Shown in pieces: positions 25,301-37,541 of a DNA stretch of 64,000 nucleotides; position 1 is the stretch's first letter; each line of letters begins with the position of its first letter. The notes below the pieces were generated by a model. That model was not told the origin of the DNA, did no database searches, and worked only from the letters and a program-made list of their open reading frames with translations. This DNA comes from Macrostomum lignano (Eukaryota), in NCBI GenBank assembly GCA_002269645.1, contig NIVC01000280.1, positions 310,001-374,000 on the forward strand. The letters run 5' to 3'. Both the position numbers and the translations under genes were made by a program.

Positions 25301-26044
25301 TCCTTTTCCTTTTCACTCTCATCTGGCCCGCAGCCATAAGCTTGATTCTTTATCTGGCCTTTGAGATAAAAATCTGCCGATCCCTGCTTCGAAAGCCAGT
25401 TTGTGGGACGTAGTACTATCATGGTTGTTATAATTTCTCGTGCTCTTTCTGGCCAATTAGCAGTCCTAAGAGGAATTTGTGTATCTCCATTCTCTAGCTC
25501 CACCACCACAGTCTGCAGCAGTCTAACAACCAAGGAAAAACGCATTTCTTAGGTTATTTAAATTTTTAAGTACCTTATTCGTATCTTAATATTAAAATTT
25601 TCATGGTGTAAGCAATTTAGTAGGATTGCATTGTAATCAGTTATTCATTAATTTTTCGCTATTTTTACAAACCATCCCACATCGCCTTGATTTGCCATCC
25701 ACTGTTAAACTGCTGCGGACTGTCTCTCGCTAAACTCTCTCCTCTCCACGCCTCTCCACTCACGGGGGTACAGAGAAGGCTATTCCAAAACACTGTACAT
25801 TCGCTATGTACATTGAGCCCTATCGCCTGACCCTTCGTCTGGCTCTGGGGGAATGAGTGAGTGAGTAGAACAAACAACAGAAAAAGCAGACAAACTTTAC
25901 ATGCTTACAGTTTCTGTTCTGATTGAGATACAGAGTTGAGACTTTATATTTGGACAGAGAATAAGTCAATGAAGAATTTTGTCAAATTTGAAGTCAATCG
26001 CTTTACGTAAAGCAAACTTATGACAGCCCAAAGTTAGTCATTTA

Positions 26045-26506
26045 AAAACCTATTTGCACCCTTTGCCCAGATCGGGAAAGAGAGGCAGGCGGGCGGAGGT
26101 TGGGGTGGTTGCTACGCTGAAAAAACAGCCTAACTTTAAAAGTGCACATCACCGCTCAGGATTAACTTTGAGACTCGAAAATTTACATGATTGTGCCAAA
26201 ATAGTTTAAGATTATCTGTGTAAAATTTGAAGAGAATCGGTAGAAGTGGAGCGGCGCTATGGAGGATTAAGTGAAAAAATCGCGCATTTTGAGCAGTTTT
26301 TTGTACTTTTAGGTAGGAAGACTTGAGTCTAGGAAATTAAAAGGTAGCCTAAGACATTCTCCGTAGTAAGTTTAGGGTGGGTGTAAAGTTTGGTGTAATT
26401 TGGTTGAGCGGTTTGGGAGTCCATAGCGATCAAAATTGTCCACAGACAGACAGACACACAGACAGACAGACACACAGACAGAGTTTTGATTTTTATAGGT
26501 AGAGAT
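26045..26506 (+). mobile_element. Helentron-associated non-autonomous element (HINE/DINE-1-like)
   Basis: Typical body (AAATTTGAAGAGAATCGG, GAGCGGTTTGGGAGTC), (GACA/CACA)n near the 3' end and TTTTATAGGTAGAGAT|TTT terminus. Confidence 0.6.
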
Positions 26507-26519
26507 TTTGGTGAAAAAC

Positions 26520-27048
26520 TGGTTTAAAATCGAGAACTACAGAACCTACTGGTAATCAGCAGCAACAGCAAACACACCAGATGCAGTCAAAGCTACGATT
26601 CAAAATGCAAGAGCCAAAAGAAACTGCCAAAAAAGAACTTCGGACCAGATCAGGCCGAGCGGTACGGCCCCCGGACAGGCTGATGATGGACCCAAGCAAG
26701 AAGCGCTACTAGTGCTGATGGGGAGATGTGTGGGAGCAACTGACTGAATGGACAGTTCTGAAAGAGGAGATGTTGTAAATGCTTATGCATGGTAGATAGA
26801 CTGTATAGTCTATGTTCAAACCCCCGCGCTCCGTAACTTGTATTGCTTTACAAATGAGTTCACTGGGAAAGAAAGAACAATGCAATTCGAAGCGGCATTG
26901 CAATTCGAACGACTTCTTGGAATGAATACACAAGAAATGCCGTTTAATTCACATTCTGTGGTTAGAATGTTCTAACCATAGACTATTATGAATTAAACGG
27001 CGTTTATCATATATGAAATTCGATTGCTTATTTTTTGTGGGCATCCCA
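26520..27048 (+). mobile_element. Ty3/gypsy 3' tail, PPT and LTR
   Basis: ELRTRSGRAVRPPDRLMMDPSKKRY stop, purine tract GGGGAGA, then TGTGGGAG...ATCCCA. Confidence 0.7.
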
Positions 27049-27199
27049 TCTGATTGATAGACATATGCTCAGACCATTCGATTCCGACCACAGAAAAGTA
27101 AATAAATTTCTAGCAAAGATGCAGTCACGAAGCAGCCAATCAATCAGTGGTGGCAAAGCGTAAAAGTCGAATTTAAAGTCGCTTTTTCTTCGAACTAGA

Positions 27200-28260
27200 A
27201 TCAATAATACAATATAGAAGGCTTAGAAGACTTCCATTTCGACGCCTTCTTTGCTGCTTTCGGAGTGAGTCGACAACTGAGTTTCTGCTCAGTCCCTGGA
27301 CGAAGCTGCTCTAAAAAAAGATTCGACGAAAGTTTGCCTGCTGCTAATCTATGGAAAGACACGCGCGTCAATCGTCAATTGGCAGGCAAAGAGTCGGGAC
27401 TCATGATTATCAAGCCAACCGAGGATCTCGCGAAATCTGACCTGAATAATTTGCTCCAGTATTTTGTGTTCGAAGTTCGTGAAGAGAACGGAGAAAATTT
27501 TCCACCTGGCACCCTCAAAGATCTAGTCTCCATGATCCAACACCACTTTTTTTACGGACTTAAACGGACTCTTTCCATCTGGACTGACGCCGAGTTCGCT
27601 GAAACGCGACGTGCGCTAGATGCTGCCATGCGAGAGACCGCCCGGGAAGGACAACTCAATGGTGGACGGGTAGCTGCACCAATTGCTTCAGATAGTGAGA
27701 ATATCTTATGGGAGGAACACCCTAATATTTTTGATCGGTAAAGTCATCGGATTGCGAGGTGGTAGGGAGTTACACAGACTCGATATCAACAAGCAGCTGC
27801 AGCTTTCTATCGAAGGCACGGACGAGGTTCTCGTGTACAAAGAGAGTTCCGTTTTAAAGACAAGTCCTTGTGGTTTGAAGAAATTTAATGGGCCGCTCAA
27901 GCTATGCACTGTGTTTCACACTCCCGGTCATGTTCGCTGCCTAGTGTGTCTGTATAAGAAGTACGTTGGCTATTGTCCACCAGACTGCTCTTAGCCGCAG
28001 CTATTTCTATCGTGCATCCGCAAGGAAGACACTATTCGCTCCGGCAAGTGGTACCAAAATCAATCGCTTGGTCTCCACAGTTTGGAAGCTGTTGTTCGGA
28101 ATCTGGTTGTTTGTCTACCCGAGGTCTCTACACGAATCAGAGTCTTAGAAAGACTTGTGCCACCACGCTTCGAGATGCTGGTATGTCAAGGCCAGAAATT
28201 GCTCGTTTTACCGGTCTTCTTCATCTGCGATGGAGCGATACATTGGGCCATCAGCTAAAG
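27200..28260 (+). pseudogene. Crypton tyrosine recombinase (DUF3504/ZMYM-KCTD1 type), frameshifted
   Basis: LNNLLQYFVFEVREENGENFPPGTL, GLRGGRELHRL, VYKES..KT, RCLVCLYKKY, YTNQSLRKTCATTLRDAG..I..FTG and MERY (catalytic Tyr). Confidence 0.9.
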
Positions 28261-29149
28261 TTGCTCGACTGGCCTCTGATGTTCTGCAGAATGTTTCTGT
28301 CTCGCCTGGATCATCGGCGCCGATCGAGCCACAGACGGGCGTCATCTGGGGGTCAAGTCTATTGTCGTTGAAGATGGGCGGCTGGAAATCACGTTCCGTG
28401 ACTAAGACGATGTACATGTAAGAACTCTCATCCGAAAACTGTTTCAACTGGATCATTCAAGTTGAGTATGCTAAGTTTTGTTTTTATGTCAGTTGTGTTT
28501 GTTGCTAAATATACTGTTGGCTTGTTCACTTCAATGTTCCAAATAATGCTTCTGATTTGGAGAAGATTTTGTGATATCTATATGCTAAAGTTGTACCGGT
28601 TGTTTGTGAAGTTCACGCTGCAGGCCGATTGGCTGAACCAATTTTTTAAATCTATTTCTCTATGTAGGAAATCAAAAAATCCAGCAGAGGCTATTTTTTC
28701 TATATTTTTGACGGAAATTAAGTACACTTTTGATGTAAAAACAGGTATTTTCCCTATCTAATCAATGTATTTTTCTCGTAGCTAGAGAAATCTATACTCT
28801 ATGGCTAATCTAAATAACTAAAGTTGTACCGGTTGTTTGTAAGTAATAAGATACCTTCTTCTTCTTCTTCTTCTTTTTCTACCGTTTGTTTGTGAAGTCT
28901 TCTACCGTTTGTTTTTGAAGTTTAAGCAATGGGAAAGCGCAAAAATGCTGAAGTAAAGAGAAGGTAGGCCAAGCAGCGCCGCCAGAATGAAAGCGCGGAA
29001 GAAAGGTCTCAACGACTCTGTATGCAATGTAAAGTAATGGAACGATTCCGTTCCATTCAGTGGCGCCCAACGGCGGTGCCATCATCAAGCCAGCTACATT
29101 ACATAAACGACTCATCAACAAACCAGGCCGTAATGCCGCAAAGTTGCAG

Positions 29150-29545
29150 TTCTCCAATGCAACTGCAAGACGTTCCGGGTGACGGCAACTGTTTTTATCA
29201 CGCTGTTTGTGACTAACTGAAGGGCACGCCGCTAAGTGAATACAGCTACTTACTTGCGCCAGGAGCTTACGCGCCGTGCTGCACCCCATATACTGGAAAT
29301 TGAAACACGTGGTGACTTTGTGCAGGGTTCCTCCCAAGCTATTTTGAGAGCCTCTTGGACGCCGGATGTCGCTGTTCCAGACGAAATCGTTCCGTTCTTA
29401 AGCACATGTTTCAATTTTGACCTGGTGATTTACCAGATGAACGGAGGTGTGCTAAGGACTTTCTGGTCCCCCTTGCAACCTCCTGTGGCAACAGTGAGGG
29501 TAATTCTGCACAATATGCATTACCAGTCTGTGCTATCGTGCTTTT
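29150..29545 (+). pseudogene. Helitron-borne OTU cysteine protease domain
   Basis: DVPGDGNCFYHAV catalytic Cys box and ILHNMHYQSV His box, with an in-frame stop between them. Confidence 0.8.
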
Positions 29546-29944
29546 CCACCTCAGCGAACTCCATTCGAGATGCTGGGAGTCAGTCATGGCTGCCTGAGGC
29601 TTCCATGGTCAGTAACGCAGCATTGAGCAGCAGACATGGCCAATCCTCTGGGGAAATTGGTGGTGATGAGGATTTCAGCGATGCTGACAGGCTCCCCTCA
29701 GCCTCTGCTGTTGCTACTGCTGGGGCGCGAGCTGGGGCTGAGAACCGCACTGGCACAGCGTGAGTACAAACTTCTAAAATGTATGATTGTTGATCTGACA
29801 GGTTCGCCAAGTGGAAATTTGAGAAGTACCAGTCCATTTAATATCTATATTTATTACGCTCGTATAAAGAAGATTAGTTTGGCACTTTTGTTGCTAACAA
29901 TTGCAGCACTCATATTTCGCACACGTCAAAGCCAGCAGCAGCGC

Positions 29945-31814
29945 ACTCAGCCGGTCGCATGATCTGGCCATGCAGTGATTGCGGTGCCCTGCGATGGAAG
30001 CTGGAGGTCAAAGGGCTCTGCTGAAGCGGCGGCAAGGTGAACCTCGCGCCGCCGACCGTGCCTGAGGAACTGAAACAGTTGTACTCTGGGGATCACCAGA
30101 AGAGTAGCACTTTTCTAAACAACATACGAAAGTATAATGCCGCTCTACACATGACCTCCTTTGGCGTGAAAGAGCGGCAAATGTCTGGCGGATACGCGAG
30201 CGTAATTATTCACGGAAAAATCTACCACAGAATCGGCAGCCTTCTTCCTGACGACAGAAGATTTGCCAAGTTCTGTCAGCTCTTCTTTTGCGACACCGAG
30301 CTTTAGACGCGGTTGGAGATGGTGCAGTACCTGGACCCTCAGCTACTGGAGTTGCTGCAGACCATGCTTTATCGTGATAACAGCTATGTGCAAAGCTTCA
30401 AGGCTGCTATCGACAGACTGACGGAGGATCCGACGCTACAGAATGCATGTCTGGTGATCTGAGCTGATCGAAGGCCGGCTGGAGAGCATGTAAGGTACGT
30501 ATGTATATATATTTTTTATTTCTTCTAACTTTCGAACTTCTAATTTTTCTTTATATTTTCAATGCAAGTTTAAAATTGAACCTTTATTTTCAAAAAACCA
30601 CAACAGACGCTAAAAAATATTGTAATTACCTTTATTTTCACCTCTATCCAGGGGATTCAATCTACCGATGGTCAGCGAGGTGGCGGTTCTTTGTGACGCC
30701 CTTGACGATGACACTGAAGGCCCAGAATCCAGGCAGGATATTGTACTGAAGGATGAGGCAGTGGTCTGAAGAGAATCGATGAGACACATCGCTCTTATGA
30801 TGCCCGGGAGTACGTGTTGTTTCATCCGTACGGACAGGATGGCTGGCACCTGGGGCTGAAAATGAGCAACAGTCGGAATTTGACTCCCAAGGCCATGTAC
30901 TCGCACTTACTCATGGTTCGGCCTGGTGTGTTAAACCCCTTGCATCATGGCAAGCGTCTTTTTCAACAATACATTGTTTATCAAGCCGCTAAGATTGAAG
31001 CCGAGTGGTTGAGCTTTATTCGTGCCCATCAGGAGCAACTGCGATCTGAGACATACAGCGGCCTGAAGGATGCCTTGGTTGCTTCTGACGGAGATGCAAG
31101 CAGAGTGGGTAGGCCTGTCACGATTTTGTCTTCCAGCTTCGTTGGTGGTCCGTGCTATGAGGGAGCGTCAGCAGGATGCAATGAGATACGTGCATCCTGC
31201 TTCGGCAGACCAGACCTGTTCATTAAAATGACAGCTAACCCGAAGTGGCAGGAGATTGTCGACGAGTTGATGCCTGGACAGACTGTAGCTGACAGGCCTG
31301 ACTTGACGATGCGAGTTTTCGACATGAAGAGAAAGGCGCTTCTGATGCGGATCAAGACTCTTTTTGGTGTCCATGTGGCTCGCGTGTGCTCATTAGAATA
31401 CCAGAAGCGCGGTAAGAGCACGAACATGTTGAGTTATGCTTGATTTACCAGATTTCCAGGCTAATAGATAAGTCTATATTATTATAGGAAATCAAATTGG
31501 AATAGTTAACATAGTAGTATGTGTTAGAAGTATAAATTTGATATAGACTTTTATCTATGGCATGACCGCCACTAGCATTACAGTACAACTTGAATGAGCG
31601 GTGCCTCGTTCTAAGGCCACAATAAATAAAAGTGATAGTGAGAGCTGCTCAACTGGAGCACTTAAGAAACTACCGAGTTAGCTATAGGCTGCATCAAAAT
31701 TGGTGTTATAGTGTCTGTGCCTCCAGAACCAACAGTATGTTTGAGTAATACTCCATATTGAAATAAACAGAAGAGAGAGAAGAGGGAGAGAAATAGAGAG
31801 ATGAACAAATAAAC

Positions 31815-31896
<82 letters not shown>

Positions 31897-34135
31897 GAGG
31901 GATAGAGAGAAAGAAATAGATACAACACAAATAATGGTAACAGATTAGTTAACACCACAAATCCCTAGCACCATTATCTCAACCTTACACAGGACTTCCG
32001 CATGTGCACATCCTGCTTTGGCTGGCTGTACAGGATCGTATTACACCTGCTCGCTACGATGAAGTAGTTTCTGCAGAGATTTTAAGTCCCAAAAATGACC
32101 CCGCGCTGCACCAGTTGGTAGTTGACAATATGCTTCATGGGCCCTGTGGAGACCTCAATCCGGCATGTGTTTGTATGAAGAATGGAATGTGCAGCAAGGG
32201 ATTTCCGAAGCATTATCAAGCAGCGACGATTATCAATGACCCTGGCTACCCGTTTTACCGCCGCAGATCTCCTGCCATGGGTGGGCACGTCGGCAAAAAG
32301 TTCGTTCGTGCAAAGGAATTTGTGATGGATAATAGGTAAGTGTAAAAGCTATTATCCAGCCGATAAAAAACTGTGTAGTTATAGATTTAGCATATTTAAA
32401 ATAACTGATGGGTATCTGATTCATAAATAATAAGTCAGAGTTCGATGGATTTCCAAATGATTTACGAGCGTACTAACATTTTGTTCAAGAAACTTAACAA
32501 CCCCACCCACACAGGTTTGTCGTCCCATACAATCCTGACCTACTGCGTGAATTCCGCTGCCATATTAACGTTGAAGTTTGTGCAACAGTTAAGGCTATTA
32601 AGTGCCTGGTAAAGTATCTGAACAAAGGGTCTGACATGGCGATTTGCTAATTGACAGTCCCGCAGCGTGAGCGGGCTAAGACTGATGAAATTGATGCCTA
32701 CATGATGACGCGTTACATGGGACTCAATGAAGGTGCTCAGATTTTCGGATTTCACATTCACAGTCGCCACCCCCCAGTAGTTCAGCTGTGTGTGCATCTG
32801 CCTGGTGAAAACCGCGTAGTGTTCAGCGAGCAGACGGCCGTCTCTCAGGTTTCAAGGGCCCCGAGAAGTGCACTGACGGCATTTTTTGAGTTGTTCGAAA
32901 ATGATGCATTTGCTAAGAAGCTTCTGAAGCTTCTGTGGAACGTAGTATTGAGGCAGGTACCTCAATACTACGTTTAGCGGGCAGTTAGGAAGGTTTGGGA
33001 ACGAACAACGAAAGGATCTCCTGTAGAAGGCTATAATGGAGTTAAGAGACGTGAGTGCATTGGTCGGATATATGCTGTGAGTCCCCGAGCGAAGGAGGTT
33101 TTCTACCTACGCCTGGCTTTACTGCGTGTTCCGGGGCCACGAGCATTAAATCTCTGCGCAAAGTAAATGGAATTGAATACCCAACGTTCCAGGAAGCCTG
33201 TGTGGCAATGGGGATGTTGGAAAATGATGCGCATTGGCGATTGTGCTTGGAAGAGGCTGTAGAGACTCAAATGCCGGCTGCTCTGCGGTGCCTGTTCTCA
33301 GTTATTCTGGTGCATGGAGATCCCGCAAGTATTTGAGACCTGTGGTCCCGTTTTCGTATGGCCATGGGCGAAGATTTTGCGCAACGAGAATCTGCTGATG
33401 AAGCCTGGTTGGACAACCGAGTCCTTCAAGATCTGTCCAAGCGACTGCAAGCGATGGGTGGCTATAGTCTCTCTGATTTTCATCTTCCAGAGCCTATCCA
33501 GCAGACGAGTATTGATGAAGAGTTTAATACGAGCTATCCAAGAGCTTTTTACTGTCGTGGAGGAGAGAGAACAGTTGCTAAACCGCGAGCAGAGAGCTGT
33601 CTATGATGCTGTTTGCGCCAGTCTCCAAACAGGAAAAGGTGGGCTGCTCTTTATTGACGCAGCCGGTGGAACTGGCAGAAGCTTTCTGCTAGAGCTTTTG
33701 ATTTCCCGCGTTCGAGCGGAGGGAGAGATGGTATTTGCAGTGGCAAGTACAGGAATCGCCGCAACTCTGCTTCCGGGAGGCCAGACTGCACACTGCTTTT
33801 AAGGTCCCGCTGTCGTCATCAAACCAACGTGGAAGCTTCTGCAACGTTGGAAAACAAACTGATTTAGCCGAAAAACTGCGGCGCACTAAATTGATAGTTT
33901 GGGATGAGGCTGCTATGATCCATCGAAGGACTCTGGATACGGTGGAATGAATTCTGCGAGACATTGTGACTGACAGACCATTTGGCGGAATAACGACTGT
34001 CCTTGCTGGTGATTTTCGGCAGCTTCTCGCAGTCATCAAAGGCGGTACAATGGCCAACACAATTGAGACCTGTATCAACAAGAGTACCCTGTAGCCTGAA
34101 TTTCAGCAGCACAAGCTGACACGTAATCAGCGTCT
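29945..34135 (+). pseudogene. Helitron Rep (HUH)-PIF1 helicase, intron-containing, frameshifted, truncated in helicase
   Basis: CSDCGALRW zinc finger, IRKYNAAL..TSFG, PDLFIKMTANPKW, EYQKR|GLPHVHIL (intron 31412-31992), GYPFYRRR, R|FVVPYNP (intron 32336-32514), GGTGRS Walker A, VWDEAAM, GDFRQL. Confidence 0.95.
31816..31900. repeat. (GA)n microsatellite, ~40 units, inside a Helitron intron
   Basis: Direct reading. Confidence 0.97.
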
Positions 34136-34249
34136 AAGTGAAGACTACATTTAGTACATGAAATTAGTTAATCTATATTAATTATACTCGTATTTCACTA
34201 ATTTATTTATGTTCCAAAAATGTTGTTAAAATTACCTAAACAATTACTG

Positions 34250-35000
34250 AACGTTCACCAGCAAAACTGGCAAGCCAGGAGAGGTTTTGAACTTCCTTCT
34301 CTCTGACGTAACCGGAGAAATTCGGGTCAGTGTGTTTGGCGACAAGCTAGCCGAACTCCGTGAGAAGGTACTGAGGTACAAGTGTTTCCGTCTTTCCGCT
34401 GGCACTGTCAGGAGTGCTAATCCGAGATACAATTTTGCGCAAAATTCCAAGGAAATTTCCCTTTTCTGCGGATTCCGGCGTACTAGAGCCGACGGAATAA
34501 GTGATAGAAGTTAGGAGCCCGACGACTGACGTACGGTTTGAGCACATTGCCAATCTATCACGTGTGGCTATGCACTCGTACGTTTTTTTAACTAAGAAGA
34601 TAACTGACTAGATAACTCGGCAATTTTAAGTAAAAGCCGCTAAAGCCACAAAAATATTAAACGTGTATTTGTTTTACGAACGAATGCATAAGGCACATGA
34701 CACAACTCCTTGTTCATTCTTCCAGACGTGTGGACATCCGCGGCGTCATTGAGACGGTGGAGGAACCGTCACCTATCATTACGAAACAAGGGAAGAACGT
34801 GAATCGTGCCCGGTTAACCATTGTTGATGATTCTGCTGCCTCCGTCTCCCTCATCTTCCGGGGATCGTCCTCCGACCGAATAAATCAGTATCAGCACGGA
34901 GAATGCCTCGCCGTCATGAGAGGAGTGCTACAAGAGTACCCAACAGGTACATTGCAAGTTGATTGTACTCATGCCAGCGTACAGAAGCTGCAAGAGTATG
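34250..35000 (+). pseudogene. RPA70-like OB folds (DBD-A and DBD-B) inside the Helitron
   Basis: GEVLNFLLSDVTGEIRVSVF..VRSANPRYN resembles DBD-A. VDIRGVI..ITKQGK..RLTIVDDS..VSL resembles DBD-B. Confidence 0.75.
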
Positions 35001-36071
35001 AGGCAACCCACCTGGACAATTGTGTGCGAGAAGCCAAACTACTGGGCACTAACTTCGAAGTCGCTTCGGTCTCACAGATAGAGACAACAGACCTTGCTAA
35101 CTCGACTCAGCAGACGCCAATCCGGCCAAGTCTCTATGCAAGTATTCAGCCCGGAGGTGACAAGTTACACGTCGAGTTTAAGTTTGGCTCTCAACTGGTG
35201 AGGGATAATTGGATAGATTTTGGGATTTGTTTGGCTACGCTCTTGCGTGCCTCAAATAATATTGATTCATAACACCGTTACCTTTTTTAGTTTGTGGGTG
35301 ATTTAAACTGCATGGCATCTAATTCAAGCGTGTCTAAGTAAGTGGGATATTTATTGTATTGGATTTCTCATACAATCTTAGGTCAAAGTAATCATATGTC
35401 ACCTCATGATTATCTTATGATTATCTTATCTTGATTATCAAAACAGGAAGCGCAACAGGGAGGTCACCGAATGTGAGGATGGTTCGGATTTGAAGAGTCC
35501 TTCCAAGTGCTCCACACCTCGGCACTAGGAACTCGTCTTGTAGAGATAAGAAAGATCCAAAGATTTCATGTTAGATAAATTAGAAACAAATTTTTATAAT
35601 ACTATCTTTATACTTGTTACGTTCTGCTACTTGTATGAGTAGTAGTATCATCAAATAGTCAGGCGACTTGTAGTAGTAGTAGTTACAGATCAAGTAGTAG
35701 TAAGACGAAAGTATAAATGTATCTCTTTCCACAAATTAAAAACTCACATTTATTGCCGTAGAACAATAGCGTAATGTAAATGAATGGAACTGAAAACTCT
35801 CTTACCTGTCATGCCAAATTAAGACTGTTCTACTCAACTAATGCTTCACCAAAAAGGTAAACTATTGTTCGCAAAAAAAATAGAAAGTGGTAAAAACTTT
35901 CTTTCCAATCGATCAAACCGTGTTCTTAGCAGTATATAAATACAAATGAAATTAGAAGCGAATTAATCTGATTCTGCTGATTCTAGAAACGGAACCGTCG
36001 AAATGAAAAGTTCCGAACCGATTTTGGTTTTTGAATCGGTGTAATGAAAGGCCTTCTTGTAGCTAACAAAA

Positions 36072-36103
36072 CGCGGACCCGCGAAGAGGGTCCGCCATGC
36101 TAG
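36072..36103 (+). terminator. Helitron 3' terminal hairpin + CTAG
   Basis: 8-bp GC stem GCGGACCC/GGGTCCGC with 7-nt loop, 4 nt upstream of CTAG, followed by T. Confidence 0.88.
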
Positions 36104-36749
36104 TAATATCCCAATTTTTTGTCAAACAATCCCACCAGAAATTACCATAGACAACACCTTCCCAGCTCAGAATAGTACATTTTTTAACGATTAAATAAGA
36201 AATCGTAGTTTATATGGGGCAGAGTCGTAAGGCGATGGGCTTTATAACGGGCGTGTCTAGACTACACTAAGAATAGTAGTATAGTACTAAGTATCGTCCT
36301 GTAGCATCGATTGATTGACTACTATCAACTATCGATATTGCATTTCTGCTACTTAATAAACAAAATGTAATTATCGGTAAATGCGTCTGAGAAGTTGCGG
36401 AAGCAGCAATGTACCTATATGTTTTTTATGGACTTTATGTTCTATGGCTGCTCACCCCATCGTGTGCGCTCGTCACCACAGCAGCTACCTAACGTAGAAT
36501 GGATATTGACAGCGACGACGAATATATGGCGGCTGTCCTCGACGAATTCGAACGACAGGGCAATGCTAGGACTGCAGCGGTGGCGGCCTTTCAACAGCGG
36601 TTAATGAACAGCCAGCAAGTAAGCATTTTCATGCGGTTGATCACGAAGTCACGTGTGCTGGCTTTCGGCTCTCAATGGCAGCAGCATCACCAAGCTGCAG
36701 GCTTCTAGGCCGATCGCGCTGATTTGGGCGACTGATCCGCCAATGTATC

Positions 36750-37100
36750 AACCGTGGCGAAACCGCCAGAAATAGCGGCGGAATTGCAGCGGCAACAGCA
36801 GCAGCAGCTGCTCCTAGAAAAGCTAGACTCCTGGCATGGTGCAAGCAATGCCTCGCTAAAAGCTGCTGAGTACGTTGGCGGGTATGTGCTAAATCGAAGT
36901 CGAGTTCTTCACTGTCAGTTGTGCAACTCTTTGCTTACAACTCTTTGCTCGTACAACATCCGCACCTGCGAAGGTTCACATCCAGCATAAGACCTACTCG
37001 CATGCATCCCGCGGGTTAACTTCGCCCTCGCCGGTGGCGCTTGTCTCATTAATGAAGATGGAGACCACGTTTACAGCCCTGACACCCAGCTTCATAATCC
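36750..37100 (+). pseudogene. P/THAP9-transposase C-terminal domain relic
   Basis: AAEYVGGYVL...CQLCNSLL and SRGLTSPS..LMKMETTF resemble the YIAGYV..C..C..RG.L..PS block of P-type transposases. No catalytic core nearby. Confidence 0.55.
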
Positions 37101-37541
37101 AGCCACGTGTGTAGAACACCTCCGGGCACAATTAGCGAACTGCATCACATGCAGGTGCTTAAAATGAGGAATACGCGTGCAGTGGCTCAGAAAAATAAAA
37201 TCATGCGCAAGATTAGCAAGCTAAACTGACAATGTCACACGTAATTTTCTTTTATTCTACAGTAAATATATTTTCAGTCTATCCTAAATATTTGGCCATC
37301 TTTATGTTCTTTTTTCTCACTCGCAATGCACAAAAATATTGCTGGAATGTTTGCTAAATGAAGAACAATAATCATCACTAAGTAAACCAGTAGCACTAAA
37401 GTTTGACTTACGATTGTGTAGCCAACGTCAATTATTTGTGCTGTAGCCTAAGCTAGTTCAGTCATCATCATCGTAAACTCATTATCTATACGTACATCTA
37501 TATTAGCTCAGTCTGTACAGTATAACTTAAATATAAATAAT

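Larger units (their letters stand above)
28577..36103 (+). mobile_element. Helitron, ~7.5 kb, decayed autonomous type
   Basis: A|TC 5' end (28577; alternatives 28791 and 28809). 3' hairpin GCGGACCC-GCGAAGA-GGGTCCGC followed by CATGCTAG|T at 36103. Encloses OTU, Rep, PIF1 helicase and RPA-like coding relics. Confidence 0.9.

Noticed and set aside
23804-25413. Long Leu/Ser-rich ORFs (up to 211 aa) as membrane proteins
   Set aside because: Artefacts of a CT-only tract that cannot contain stop codons.
26520-27048. 3' end of the gypsy element starting at 20200
   Set aside because: The LTR at 26729 does not match the LTR remnant at 20200-20313, so these are different elements.
35472-35733. Solo LTR (TGTGAGGA...TTTCCACA) inside the Helitron
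   Set aside because: TG..CA ends are present but the flanks (CCGAA / AATTA) give no TSD, and there is no second copy in the window.
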